NCBI GenBank assembly: GCA_963843575.1
Contig: CAWJKZ010000021.1
Coordinates: 321,661 to 385,660 of the forward strand
Source: an uncultured Acidobacteriota bacterium
GTDB taxonomy: Bacteria; Acidobacteriota; UBA6911
Reading direction: 5' to 3'
Length of the DNA: 64,000 nt
Position 1 is the stretch's first letter, and each line of letters starts with the position of its first letter. The notes beneath the pieces are model-generated. The model ran no database searches, had not been told where the DNA came from, and was given only the letters and a program-made list of their open reading frames with translations. This document shows positions 29,894-39,866 of this stretch, piece by piece. Made by a program: the position numbers and the translations under genes.

Positions 29894-32800
29894 ATGAACA
29901 TATCGGCGTCAGGCCTGGCAACAAAAGTGGGGATCCCGGTCGCTCTGGCTGCGGCGGCGGTGTGGGCCGTCAACTCCTACGTCAGCCCGGACGCGGCCAA
30001 GAAGCTTCTTGCCATCATCCTGATTTTCGCGGCGGCGCTGCTGGTCGTGTGGCTCCTGGTGTGGCTGATCCGGGCCCTGGTGGTGTCGATGTCCGGGGCA
30101 CGGTCGCGGGCCAGGGCCGCGCGCGAAGCGGCCCCGGCCGAAGGGGCAACCCCGCAGGAGCGGGCCGCCCTGGACGCGCTGCAGGGGAATATCGACGTCG
30201 CGTTGCGGGTCGTGCGCGAGTCCAAAATGGCTCGGGGCCGCAAAGGCGACGAGGCGCTGTACGCCTTCCCCTGGGTGGTCCTCTTCGGCCCGCCGGAATC
30301 GGGCAAGAGCACCCTCCTGCGTGACTCGGGCGTGGAGTTCCCGTACAGCACGGCGGGCGAGGCCCGCAAATCGAAGCGCCCCGGCGTGGGAGCGGGCTGC
30401 GAATTCTGGTTCTCCCGCGACGCGGTTGTCCTCGACATGTCCGGGACCCTCGGGACCGGGGATGACGAGTTCGAGGTGTTCAAGGGCTTCCTCGACCGCC
30501 TGAAACGAGCGCGGCGCGAGCGCCCCATCGACGGCATGGTCGTAACGGTCCCGATCCGGGACATCCTGGACCAGGGCGCCGACCACGTCGAGGGGCTGGC
30601 AAACCGCCTCCGGCAGCGGGCGGACGAGATGACGCGGCGTTTCGGCATCCGCTTCCCCATCTATGTCCTTTTCACCAAGTGCGACCAAATCGACGGCTTC
30701 CCGGAGTTTTTCCGCAGTTTCCGGAGCCGCGACCGTGCCCAGGTTTGGGGCGCGACCATCTCCCGGGAGGCCCGCAAGCAGCTCCCCGTCGACGAGATCT
30801 TCCGGCAGGAGTTCGGGCGCATCGCCGAGTCGCTGCACGGCTATCGCCTCCAGGCGCTCGCGGCCGAGAAAGACCCGGGACGGCTCGCGCTCGTGTTCGC
30901 GTTTCCGGAGCGGTTCGCGGCGCTCGGCGCCAAGCTGGAGTCGTTCGTCGGCACCCTGTTCCAGGCGACCCCCTATTCGGAGAGGCCCATTTTCCGCGGG
31001 TTCTATCTGAGCAGCACCGGCGTTGCCGTCCCGGAGGCCAGGCCCGACGCGGAAGAGTTCCGCTGGGACGCCGCACGCCAGGCCGCCGCCCCGCAGCAGG
31101 AGCCGCAACGGGTCAAGAGCTATTTCCTGGAATCGCTCCTGCCCCGCGTCGTGTTCGCGGACCGTCCCCAGGTCAAGGCGTCCGTGGACACGCGCCTGCG
31201 CCGGCGGCTGTGGCTCGACGTCGCCTTCTTCGGGACGATCGCGGTGTGCACAGCGCTGCTGGTCGGGATGCTCTACTCGTTCAGCGAAAACCGCGGCCTG
31301 ATCGAGTCGACGCGGCTGGCGGCCGTGCGCCTCACCGACGCCGGATGGAACGGGCGGCGCGCGTCGGACCTGGCCGCACTGCAGCAGCTGCGCGAACGTC
31401 TCGACGAGCTGGACCGGTACCAGACCGAAGGGCCGAAATGGACGATGCGGTGGGGGTTGTACTCGGGCGACCGGGTCGTGGAGGCCGCACGCCGCGTGTA
31501 CTTCCGTCGCCTGCGCACCTCCTTCCTCCTGCCGACGGCCGACACCCTGCGGCAGAAGCTCAACGCCTATGCCTCGGCTCAGCCCGGAGCGGTCAATTAC
31601 AGCGAGTTTCACTCCTTCCTGCAGGCCTACCTGATGATGACCGAGCCGCCGCGGTCGCAGGAATCGTTCCTGCGCACCACGCTGGCGCCGGTGTGGAAGG
31701 CGCTCGGGCCCCCCGAGGCCGAGCCCGTGGTGCTGGACCAGCTGCGCTTCTACGCGCAGCAGTTGCCCAAGAACGACGCCGACCTGCAGCTGACCCGCGA
31801 CAACGAGGTGGTCGCCCGGGCGCGCCGCGCGCTCGGCCAGTTCCCGGCGCTCGATCGGCTCTACATGCGCCTGAAGACGGAGGGGAACGCCAAGTACCCG
31901 CCGTACACCCTGGCGCAGGCCACCGGGGGGAAGAGCCTGGAATACCTGAACTCCAGCCACGACGTCCCCGGGGTGTTCACCGAGGCCGGCTGGACGGGGT
32001 ACTTCAAGCAGGCCATCGCGCAGGCGGGCAAGGAGATGGTCCAGGACGACTGGGTCGTCGGGCCGACCTATAGCGGTGCGGTTCGTTCGACCGACGCCGA
32101 CTCGGAACGGCAGATCCGGGACAAGTACTTCACCGAATACGTCGAGGAGTGGCAGAAGTTCCTGGAGGGTGTCTCGGTGCGGCCCCTGGCGGACCTGAAC
32201 GAGGCCCGCTCGGCCCTGGACTCGTTCTCGCAGCAGGACTCCGCAGTGTCGCGCCTCCTGATGAATGTGGCCGCCAACACCATGCTGCGCCGGGAGCCGG
32301 AGAAAGGCAACAGCATCACCTCGATGGTTTCGAGCACCCTGGCCACACTCGGGCTCTCGACCCGCGTGAACCGCGCCGAGCTGATCGATGCGGTGGCCGA
32401 CCAGTTTCAGGCACTGCACGACGTCGTCACGTCGCCTGACGGCGGCAAGACCCCTTCGATGCTGGCAGGGTATATCCTCGCGCTGAGCAAGGTGCACGCG
32501 CGGCTCGAGGCGCTGTTCGGAGCCGGCACCCAGTGGGAGCAGGTCAAGGCCTACGTCGACATGATTGCGAACAACCTCTCCAGCAACGAGTTCCAGGAGG
32601 GTTACCGAATCACCGCGCTGATCAACAAGCAGTGCCGCACCCGCAGCACCCAGCCGGTCGGACCGATGCTGGAGCAGCCGCTGCGGCAGACCTGGGCGGC
32701 GATCCTGCGCGAAGTCGGCTTCCGGCTGGACGGATTGTGGAAGACGCAGGTGGCGGAACTCTACCGGCGGGACATCGAGAGCAGCTACCCGTTCAACCTC

Positions 32801-33478
32801 TCGGGGCAGGACCTCCCGCTGGCCACCCTGTCGCAGTTCTTGAAGCCGCGCGAGGGGAGCCTCGACGCGTTTTACGAAAAAGAACTCAAGATGTTCCTCA
32901 CCCCATCGGGCAGCGCGTTCGCGCCGCGCACGCTGTTCAACGCCGAGGTGGCATTCTCCCCGCAGTTCCTGGAGTTCCTGGAGAAGACGAACGCGATCCG
33001 CCAGGCGCTTTATCCTCCCGGGGCGCCCGACATGAGCGCCACCTTCGACCTGACCCCGGACGCGACACCGGGCGTCACCGAAAGCCTGCTGGAGATCGAC
33101 ACACAGAAGTTGCTTTACAGAAACGAGCGACCCGTCCCCTCCGTGGTGACCTGGCCGGGGAAGGGGGGATCTCCCCAGGCAAAGCTGAGCATCTCGCTGA
33201 CCGGCTCGGGGGAACGGCCGGGCATTCCGGCGATCGAAGGCGAGTGGGCCCTCTTCAGGCTGCTGGCGCAGGCCCGGGTCGTGCCGCTCTCTCAAACTGC
33301 CTACAGCGTCAGCTGGTCGCTGCCGAGCGCCGACGGGAGGAAGCTCGAGGTGCGCTACAAACTCCAGGCGCGGAGCTACCGAAACCCATTTCCCCCGAAC
33401 TTCTTCCGCGTGGTGAGCTGTCCTGAGACCGTTACGCAGCAGTCGTCGGCCGCCGCGGGACTGTCGCCGGCGCGCTGA
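29894..33478 (+). CDS. tssM: T6SS membrane subunit TssM (IcmF)
   Basis: PWVVLFGPPESGKS, PIDG, FPIYVLFTKCD, RGFYLSS, EGEWALFRLL. Confidence 0.93.
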   Translation: MNISASGLATKVGIPVALAAAAVWAVNSYVSPDAAKKLLAIILIFAAALLVVWLLVWLIRALVVSMSGARSRARAAREAAPAEGATPQERAALDALQGNIDVALRVVRESKMARGRKGDEALYAFPWVVLFGPPESGKSTLLRDSGVEFPYSTAGEARKSKRPGVGAGCEFWFSRDAVVLDMSGTLGTGDDEFEVFKGFLDRLKRARRERPIDGMVVTVPIRDILDQGADHVEGLANRLRQRADEMTRRFGIRFPIYVLFTKCDQIDGFPEFFRSFRSRDRAQVWGATISREARKQLPVDEIFRQEFGRIAESLHGYRLQALAAEKDPGRLALVFAFPERFAALGAKLESFVGTLFQATPYSERPIFRGFYLSSTGVAVPEARPDAEEFRWDAARQAAAPQQEPQRVKSYFLESLLPRVVFADRPQVKASVDTRLRRRLWLDVAFFGTIAVCTALLVGMLYSFSENRGLIESTRLAAVRLTDAGWNGRRASDLAALQQLRERLDELDRYQTEGPKWTMRWGLYSGDRVVEAARRVYFRRLRTSFLLPTADTLRQKLNAYASAQPGAVNYSEFHSFLQAYLMMTEPPRSQESFLRTTLAPVWKALGPPEAEPVVLDQLRFYAQQLPKNDADLQLTRDNEVVARARRALGQFPALDRLYMRLKTEGNAKYPPYTLAQATGGKSLEYLNSSHDVPGVFTEAGWTGYFKQAIAQAGKEMVQDDWVVGPTYSGAVRSTDADSERQIRDKYFTEYVEEWQKFLEGVSVRPLADLNEARSALDSFSQQDSAVSRLLMNVAANTMLRREPEKGNSITSMVSSTLATLGLSTRVNRAELIDAVADQFQALHDVVTSPDGGKTPSMLAGYILALSKVHARLEALFGAGTQWEQVKAYVDMIANNLSSNEFQEGYRITALINKQCRTRSTQPVGPMLEQPLRQTWAAILREVGFRLDGLWKTQVAELYRRDIESSYPFNLSGQDLPLATLSQFLKPREGSLDAFYEKELKMFLTPSGSAFAPRTLFNAEVAFSPQFLEFLEKTNAIRQALYPPGAPDMSATFDLTPDATPGVTESLLEIDTQKLLYRNERPVPSVVTWPGKGGSPQAKLSISLTGSGERPGIPAIEGEWALFRLLAQARVVPLSQTAYSVSWSLPSADGRKLEVRYKLQARSYRNPFPPNFFRVVSCPETVTQQSSAAAGLSPAR

Positions 33479-33493
33479 CAAGGAGCAGAGACG

Positions 33494-34960
33494 ATGGACA
33501 CCCTACTGGAACAGCTCCAGGCTAAAGCGGCGGGGCACCCCCCCTCGCTTCCACTCAAGCTGCTGGTCGTTGCCGACTGCGCCGGGGATGCGACGCAACC
33601 GGCCGTCCGAATCCAGCAGGGGCTCGACGGGCTGTTTCAGAGCCTCCGCCCCACCGTGCGGCTGAGCGTTGAGAACCGGCTCCAGCCGGGAGCCCCGAAG
33701 CTGGCGCTCGAGCTGCAGTTCCGCTGCCTGAGCGATTTCCACCCCGAGTCGGTGGTCGGCCGCACGGCGGTCCTGTCCGAGGCGCGGCAGGCGGGCCATC
33801 CCGCCCTGGCGGAACAGCTCGACCTGGTGCTTCACCACCCCGAGTTCCAGCGCGTGGAAGCGGCCTGGCGCGGCCTGGCGCGGCTCTGCCGTGAACTCGA
33901 GGACAAGCCCGGCGTGATCGCGGAGGTGCTCACGACAGGCCGGAAGGATCTTGCAGGGACGTTCCACGGCCGGGTTTTCGAACCGGAGTACCGGGGAGAG
34001 GCCGGGCCGCCCCTGTCGGCGGTGCTGTTCGATTTCCGGTTCAGCCACGAGCCCGCCGACCTGCCCCTGCTCGAGGCGCTCGCTGCCGATTGCGCCGCCC
34101 TGGAAGCCCCCATGATCGCAGCCACCTCGCCCGCGTTTTTCCAGCTGAAAAACCTTGCCCATCTCCCCAGCCTGCCGGAACTCGGGCCGCGGATGCAGCA
34201 GCCCGCCTATGCCGGTTGGCGCCGCTTCCAGACCGACGCGGCGTCCCGCTGGGTGTGCCTGACCGCCAACCGCTTTCTGGCGCGCGAGAGCTACGCCCTG
34301 AGCCGCGAAGCCGGGGACGCTCTCGACTACCGCGAAAAGGCCGATGCCGCCCACCCCGAAAACTACGTGTGGGCGGAGGCCGGGTGGCTCATCCTGTGCA
34401 ACCTCGCCCGCAGCTTCTCGAAATACCGCCACTGCGTGGTCATCGACGGGATGAGCCCAGACACCGCCCACGACAACCTTCCGGTACGCCCTTTCCCAAA
34501 AAAGGCGAACGTGGAGGTGCCGAGCCCGACCGAGATTCTCCTGGACGACACCAAGGCGTGGGAGATCGTCCGGGCGGGCATCACTATCCTGCTCGGGATC
34601 AGCGACGGGGCAGTGGCGAGTTTTCCACTGGTGGCCAACGCTTACCGGCTGAAACCCGGAGTTGTCACGGTCGAGTCGGCGCTGTCCTACCAATTGTTCG
34701 CCGGGAACCTGTTCCACTATCTGGTTGCCCTCTACCCTGAATTCCCCGCCGAGGGCGCCGAGGCGGTAGCTGCTTTCGTGCGTTCCCACCTCGAGGAGTT
34801 TCTCGTGCCGTTTGTGGGCGACCAGCCTGGGGAGTCTGTCCGCGCCGAGCTCGTCGAAGCTGCCGGCGAGACTGCCGGCCGGACGTTGCAGGTCACGCTC
34901 CGGCCGCAGCTCAAGATGCAGGGGAAAGACGTGGACTTCGCGCTCAGCATCGCGCTCTGA
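33494..34960 (+). CDS. divergent TssB-TssC sheath fusion protein 1
   Basis: TssB-like LPLKLLVVAD...VENRL...DFHPESV followed by TssC-like QLDLVLHHPEFQRVEAAWRGL and NRFLARESY. Confidence 0.78.
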   Translation: MDTLLEQLQAKAAGHPPSLPLKLLVVADCAGDATQPAVRIQQGLDGLFQSLRPTVRLSVENRLQPGAPKLALELQFRCLSDFHPESVVGRTAVLSEARQAGHPALAEQLDLVLHHPEFQRVEAAWRGLARLCRELEDKPGVIAEVLTTGRKDLAGTFHGRVFEPEYRGEAGPPLSAVLFDFRFSHEPADLPLLEALAADCAALEAPMIAATSPAFFQLKNLAHLPSLPELGPRMQQPAYAGWRRFQTDAASRWVCLTANRFLARESYALSREAGDALDYREKADAAHPENYVWAEAGWLILCNLARSFSKYRHCVVIDGMSPDTAHDNLPVRPFPKKANVEVPSPTEILLDDTKAWEIVRAGITILLGISDGAVASFPLVANAYRLKPGVVTVESALSYQLFAGNLFHYLVALYPEFPAEGAEAVAAFVRSHLEEFLVPFVGDQPGESVRAELVEAAGETAGRTLQVTLRPQLKMQGKDVDFALSIAL

Positions 34961-34968
34961 GAGGCCCC

Positions 34969-36780
34969 ATGGTCAAGAACGCCAGAGACAGGATCCGGTT
35001 CGGCGGTGAGGCGCCGTCGGAGTCGTCGTCGCCGCCGCTGCGACTGCTCGCCATCGCCGATCTCTCCTGCGCCGGCGACGGCGTCGCCCGGCGGGTGCGC
35101 GTGGACAAGGACTCGTTCAACGAGGTGCTCCGGACGGTGTGTCCCCGGATTGCCATCCAGCTTCGGTCGCGGTCTCCCTCGGGTTCCCCAGTGGAAGCCG
35201 AGTTCCCGATCCAGGACCTGAAATCCTTCGCCCCCGCGCAGCTCGCCGGCGCGCCCCTGTTCCGCGACCTGGTCAGCGACAGGGCCGCGGCAGTCGATCT
35301 GCGGGACGGCCGGATCCGGCCGGAGGAGTTCAAACACCGGGTTCAATCCGACGTCTTGCGCGACGCCCTTGCGGGGCTGATGCACGAACCGTCCGCGCCG
35401 CCGGCCGTGGAAAAAACCCCCGAGCCGCAGCGCCGCACGGACCCCCGGAAGGACGACATCCTCGATTCGATTCTCGGCATGGTCGAGGCCCCCGCTGCCG
35501 CGGGGGCGGCAGAGCCGACAACCGACGGGGCTGCCCGCGTCCAGGCCTTCATCTCCGACATGTTCAAAGGTGGGCGTCCTGGCGGCGGAGTGGACCGCGG
35601 GAAGGCCGACCGGATGGTGAAGGACATCGAGGGCATGCTGGTCTCCCGGATGAACGAAGTGCTCAACCACCCCGAGTTCCGGCGGTTGGAGTCGGCCTGG
35701 CGCGGCCTGAAGTTCCTGGTGGACCGCACCGACTTCCGCGACGCGATCGAACTCGACGTCGTTTCCGCGCCCAAAGGGGAATTGGTGCGGGTCATGGAAG
35801 CCGCGTTGACCGATCTGGACGCCGGCGCTGCCGGGGTGGACGCGGTGCTGGCGGCCTTCGAGTTCCGCAACACTCCCGAAGATCTGGACGTCGCAAGACG
35901 CGCGGCGGAGCGCGCCGCGGAGCTCAGGGCTCCGGTCGTGATCTCCGTTGGTGCGTCGTTCTTCGGACAGGAGAGTGCGGCGGAGGTGACGCGCATCCCT
36001 CACCTGCGCGCGCACCTCGACACCCCCGGGTTCGTAAAGTGGGACTCCTTCCGCGGCGTCGAGAGTTCACGATGGCTCGGCGCGGCGTTCAACCGGTTCC
36101 TCCTGCGGAACCGTTACGAGCCTGCGTCGGCCCGGGTGGCGTTCCCATTTCACGAGGCCGGCGACGGTCTGTGGGGCGACCCCGTCTGGGCGATAGGATC
36201 GCTGCTGGTGCGCAGTTTTTCACGCACCGGCTGGTGCGGGCACATCACCGGAGTGCGCGGGGGCGGGGTCCTCGAGGACTTGCCCGTGCGGGATTTTGCG
36301 CTGCCGTCGGGGGACGTGCGGCAGATCCCGCTCGAGTCGGTGTTTCTGCGTGGCAGGGAAGACGATTTCTACGCCGCCGGTTTCGCGGCGCTGCAGTGCG
36401 GTGAGGACCAGGACGTCGCCGCCCTGTTGGCTGCGCCGACGACGCACCGGCCCGAACAGTACCCCGACGCGCGCGAGAGCGAGAGCAGCCGTCAGCGCGC
36501 CCAGTTGTCCTACCAGCTGGTCGCCGGCCGGATCGCCCGCTTCGTGGAGCGGGAACTCGCGCAGCTGGGCGGGTCGGCTGCGGCGGAAATCCAGACGGGG
36601 CTCGCCGCCGCGCTGAAGCGATTGATGGGGCAGGCGAGTCCGGATTCCGTGCAGGTCCGCCTCTCGGAAAGTCAGGAAAGGGTCGGCTACCACGACCTCG
36701 CGGTTGACATCCGCCCGGGCCCGTCGATCTGGCCTTTCTCGACGGCGATTCAACTGAAGATTCCGCTGCGCAGGAACTGA
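34969..36780 (+). CDS. divergent TssB-TssC sheath fusion protein 2
   Basis: TssB-like PLRLLAIAD...VDKDSFNEV...LKSFAP followed by TssC-like VLNHPEFRRLESAWRGLKFLVDRTDFR, RFLLR, GGVLEDLP. Confidence 0.8.
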   Translation: MVKNARDRIRFGGEAPSESSSPPLRLLAIADLSCAGDGVARRVRVDKDSFNEVLRTVCPRIAIQLRSRSPSGSPVEAEFPIQDLKSFAPAQLAGAPLFRDLVSDRAAAVDLRDGRIRPEEFKHRVQSDVLRDALAGLMHEPSAPPAVEKTPEPQRRTDPRKDDILDSILGMVEAPAAAGAAEPTTDGAARVQAFISDMFKGGRPGGGVDRGKADRMVKDIEGMLVSRMNEVLNHPEFRRLESAWRGLKFLVDRTDFRDAIELDVVSAPKGELVRVMEAALTDLDAGAAGVDAVLAAFEFRNTPEDLDVARRAAERAAELRAPVVISVGASFFGQESAAEVTRIPHLRAHLDTPGFVKWDSFRGVESSRWLGAAFNRFLLRNRYEPASARVAFPFHEAGDGLWGDPVWAIGSLLVRSFSRTGWCGHITGVRGGGVLEDLPVRDFALPSGDVRQIPLESVFLRGREDDFYAAGFAALQCGEDQDVAALLAAPTTHRPEQYPDARESESSRQRAQLSYQLVAGRIARFVERELAQLGGSAAAEIQTGLAAALKRLMGQASPDSVQVRLSESQERVGYHDLAVDIRPGPSIWPFSTAIQLKIPLRRN

Positions 36781-36817
36781 GTCAGCGTACGGAGTGAAGT
36801 ACTGGCGCATCAGCACC

Positions 36818-36847
36818 TTGTTTGCGACAGGGGCGCACCGATATAAT
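36818..36847 (+). promoter_or_regulatory. possible internal sigma70 promoter upstream of vgrG
   Basis: Perfect TATAAT at 36842-36847 with TTGTTT 18 bp upstream. Confidence 0.4.
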
Positions 36848-36934
36848 TTGGCTACTTTCGAATCGGGGCAACTCAGGCAGCTTTCCTGGTGGCAGTTCCT
36901 GCCAACTTTGCCTGTCTGACGGGGGGGTCTGAAC

Positions 36935-39283
36935 ATGGCGACGACAGCCCGAAGGTTGGGGCTGGAAGCTGATTTCTTCTTCCAGGCCGGTTCCTATTCG
37001 GAGAAGGATCTTCGTGTGGTCCGGTTTGAGGGGACGGAGTCGCTCTCGGAACTATTCCGGTTCCAGCTGCAGCTTGCGTTGGAGGATGTCGAGGCCGATT
37101 TCGAATCCATCCTTGGCAAACCGGCACGACTCAAGATCATGGGGCGTGAAGGGACGCGGTACGTCAACGGCATTATAAGCTGGTTTGAACAGGCCGGCGA
37201 ACCGACGCGGCTGACGCAGTACAGCGCGGAACTCGTGCCGAGAATCTGGCTGCTCCATCACCGTCACAACTCGCGAATCTTTCAGGAGATGACGGTTAAG
37301 GACATCATCGACAAGGTGCTGAAAGACGCGAAGATCCCGCCCGACGAATTCGAATTCCAGTTGCGCAAGACGTATCCGACGCGCGAGTACTGCGTACAGT
37401 ACCGGGAATCGGATTTTGCGTTCATATCCAGGCTCATGGAAGAGGAGGGAATTTACTACTGGTTCGAGCACACGGAGAAGAAGCACGTCCTGACGATGAG
37501 CGACGCGTTCTCCATCCACGTCCCCATCGAGGGGAACGCGGGGCTGGTGCTGCATGAAGTGACAGGCGAAGAGCCCGACTTCGAGCACATCTACCACTTT
37601 CGCTACACGGAAGAGGTGAGGCCCGGGGAAGTTGTCCTCCGCGATTTCGACTTCAAGAAGCCGTCCTTGGATCTGACGGCCAACAAGGCCGCAGATGTTC
37701 GTAAAGAGCTCGAGATTTATGACTACCCGGGCGAATACGTCCAGCCGGCCGTAGGCAAAGATCTCAGCGAGGTGCGGCTTCAGGAAGCGCAGACTCCGCG
37801 GAAGGTCGGTCAGGGCAGAACAAACTGCCGCCGCATGCTCCCCGGGCGCAAGTTCACCTTGGACAAACACAACCGGACGGCGTTGAACCAGGAATACCTG
37901 ATCACGCGCGTGCTGCACACCGGGGCGCAGGTTCAGACGTTCAAAGAAGCGGCCGGCACGTCGAAGGGCAACGAGTACAACGCGGAGTTTTCGTGCATCC
38001 CGGCGAAGGTCCAGTTCCGGCCGGCGCGGGTTACGCCGCGCCCTGTCGTGCACGGCTCGCAAACCGCGATCGTGACCGGTCCCGCGGGGGAAGAAATCTA
38101 CCCGGACGAGCACGGGCGCGTGAAGGTGCAGTTTCACTGGGACCGCGAGGGCAAGAAAGACGAAAAGACCTCCTGCTGGATCCGGGTGAGCCAGAACTGG
38201 GCCGGTCCCAGCTGGGGGGCGATGATTATTCCTCGGATCGGCCACGAGGTGATAGTGGACTTCCTGGAAGGCGATCCTGACCAGCCGATCATCACCGGTC
38301 GCGTCTACAACGGCGCAAACCGGCCTCCCTACCCGCTTCCGGGCGAAAAGACCAAAAGCACCTGGAAGTCGAACAGCTCAAAGGGGGGCGGTGGTTCAAA
38401 CGAACTCCGGTATGAGGACAGCAAAGGGTCGGAGGAGATCTACCTTCACGGGCAAAAGGACTGGAACATCGTCATCGAGAACGACAAGACCCAGAAGATC
38501 GGCCACGACGAAAGCCTCGACGTCGGCCACGACCGCAGCAAGCATGTGGGGAACGACCAGTCCGAAAAAGTCGACAACAACAAGAGCATCACGGTCGGGG
38601 TCAACCACACGGAGAAAATCGGGTCCAATAAGGACCTTACGGTCGGCGCCAATCACACGGAGAAGATCGGCGCCAACATGTCAGTTACGGTCGGCTCAAA
38701 CTTGACGGAGAACGTTGCCCTGAATTATTCGGAAACCGTCGGTATCGCTATGGAGCTGACAATAGGCGCGGCCATGACCCATACGGTCGGCGCAGCGCTC
38801 ATGCAGAGTGTGGGCGCCAACATGTCCCAGAGCATCGGGGTTTCGAAATCGATCAATATTGGATCGAACCTGACTCAATCGGTGGGCGCAAATTCAAAGG
38901 AGCAGATCGGGAGCAACAAGTCCACGAAGGTCGCCAGTAACGACACCATTTCAGTCGGTGGAGACCAAAAGCTCGATGTCAGTGGCAAGCGAAGCACCTC
39001 GATCGGAAAAGAGGACTCACTGAAGGTTGGGACGAAGCTCACCATCGACGCTGGAGATCAGATCGTACTTCAGACGGGCAGTTCCAGCATAACCATGAAG
39101 AAGGATGGCACAATCAACATCAAAGGCATGAAGATTACGATTGAAGGTACTCAAAAGATCGAGGAGAAGGCAGCCCAGATCAGTTCCGAGGCCCAGACGA
39201 AGAACGAGATGAAGGGCGCGATGGTGACAGTCGAGGCCTCTGGCATCAACACAATCAAGGGCGCCCTGGTGAAGATCAACTGA
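36935..39283 (+). CDS. vgrG: T6SS spike protein VgrG with long gp5-like beta-helix repeats
   Basis: YCVQYRESDFAFISRLMEEEGI, GRVKVQFHWD, IPRIGHEVIVDFLEGDPDQP; repeated (H)TEKIGxN units. Confidence 0.95.
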   Translation: MATTARRLGLEADFFFQAGSYSEKDLRVVRFEGTESLSELFRFQLQLALEDVEADFESILGKPARLKIMGREGTRYVNGIISWFEQAGEPTRLTQYSAELVPRIWLLHHRHNSRIFQEMTVKDIIDKVLKDAKIPPDEFEFQLRKTYPTREYCVQYRESDFAFISRLMEEEGIYYWFEHTEKKHVLTMSDAFSIHVPIEGNAGLVLHEVTGEEPDFEHIYHFRYTEEVRPGEVVLRDFDFKKPSLDLTANKAADVRKELEIYDYPGEYVQPAVGKDLSEVRLQEAQTPRKVGQGRTNCRRMLPGRKFTLDKHNRTALNQEYLITRVLHTGAQVQTFKEAAGTSKGNEYNAEFSCIPAKVQFRPARVTPRPVVHGSQTAIVTGPAGEEIYPDEHGRVKVQFHWDREGKKDEKTSCWIRVSQNWAGPSWGAMIIPRIGHEVIVDFLEGDPDQPIITGRVYNGANRPPYPLPGEKTKSTWKSNSSKGGGGSNELRYEDSKGSEEIYLHGQKDWNIVIENDKTQKIGHDESLDVGHDRSKHVGNDQSEKVDNNKSITVGVNHTEKIGSNKDLTVGANHTEKIGANMSVTVGSNLTENVALNYSETVGIAMELTIGAAMTHTVGAALMQSVGANMSQSIGVSKSINIGSNLTQSVGANSKEQIGSNKSTKVASNDTISVGGDQKLDVSGKRSTSIGKEDSLKVGTKLTIDAGDQIVLQTGSSSITMKKDGTINIKGMKITIEGTQKIEEKAAQISSEAQTKNEMKGAMVTVEASGINTIKGALVKIN

Positions 39284-39664
39284 GTGGACGAACAACCCTG
39301 GTCGACATGGTTTCGGTTCACTTTAGCAGCGTTTGCGACTTGGAGATTGTCGTTGCTCTTTGCACGCGACGATGGGCCATGGGAGCTATTTGCACGTATC
39401 CGGAAATTTGCAAGCCGAGTTGCGCTCGGTCGGGCTGTCGGCTGCGTCAAGTGCATGAGTATATGGTTTGCTATGCCGCTTGCGTTTTTTGTCGGCGGCA
39501 GCCTCATACAAATGGTTGTGGTATGGCTTGGCCTTTCAGGGGTAGCAGCCCTGATCGATGAGTCGACTCGGCCGCCATTCGAGTGGAAGGAAGACCCAAA
39601 GAATGAGTTGCTGCGGGGAAACCCGGACCGCACCGCTGACAGAGCGGCACCGGATGAAGATTAG
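39284..39664 (+). CDS. DUF1360-like small membrane protein
   Basis: GTG directly after the vgrG stop; ATWRLS.L...DDGP...CVKCMSIW pattern. Confidence 0.6.
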   Translation: MDEQPWSTWFRFTLAAFATWRLSLLFARDDGPWELFARIRKFASRVALGRAVGCVKCMSIWFAMPLAFFVGGSLIQMVVVWLGLSGVAALIDESTRPPFEWKEDPKNELLRGNPDRTADRAAPDED

Positions 39665-39866
39665 CTACTCCGGTGGCCGTCCCATTGAGGTGATCGGCCC
39701 CGTTACGGGTACGAAATATCGTTTTTCCGGGATGGCCAGGATTGGTCTGGTGGATCCGCGGGATGCGGTAATGATGGTGCGGAACCGCAGATTCAGAGTC
39801 GAGGGGATCGTGGAGCTACCGCCTGGGGCGGACACAGCTTCAGGGAGGAGGGAGACACATGGGTAA
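39603..39866 (+). CDS. small hypothetical protein (MSCCG...GPVTG..YRF...VDPRDA)
   Basis: ATG at 39603, overlaps both neighbouring genes. Confidence 0.55.
   Translation: MSCCGETRTAPLTERHRMKISYSGGRPIEVIGPVTGTKYRFSGMARIGLVDPRDAVMMVRNRRFRVEGIVELPPGADTASGRRETHG

Noticed and set aside
29909-33481. Very long antisense ORFs (1190 aa opposite tssM, 817 aa opposite tssBC, 663 aa opposite UPF0182)
   Set aside because: Typical shadow ORFs of high-GC coding sequence with no recognisable motifs
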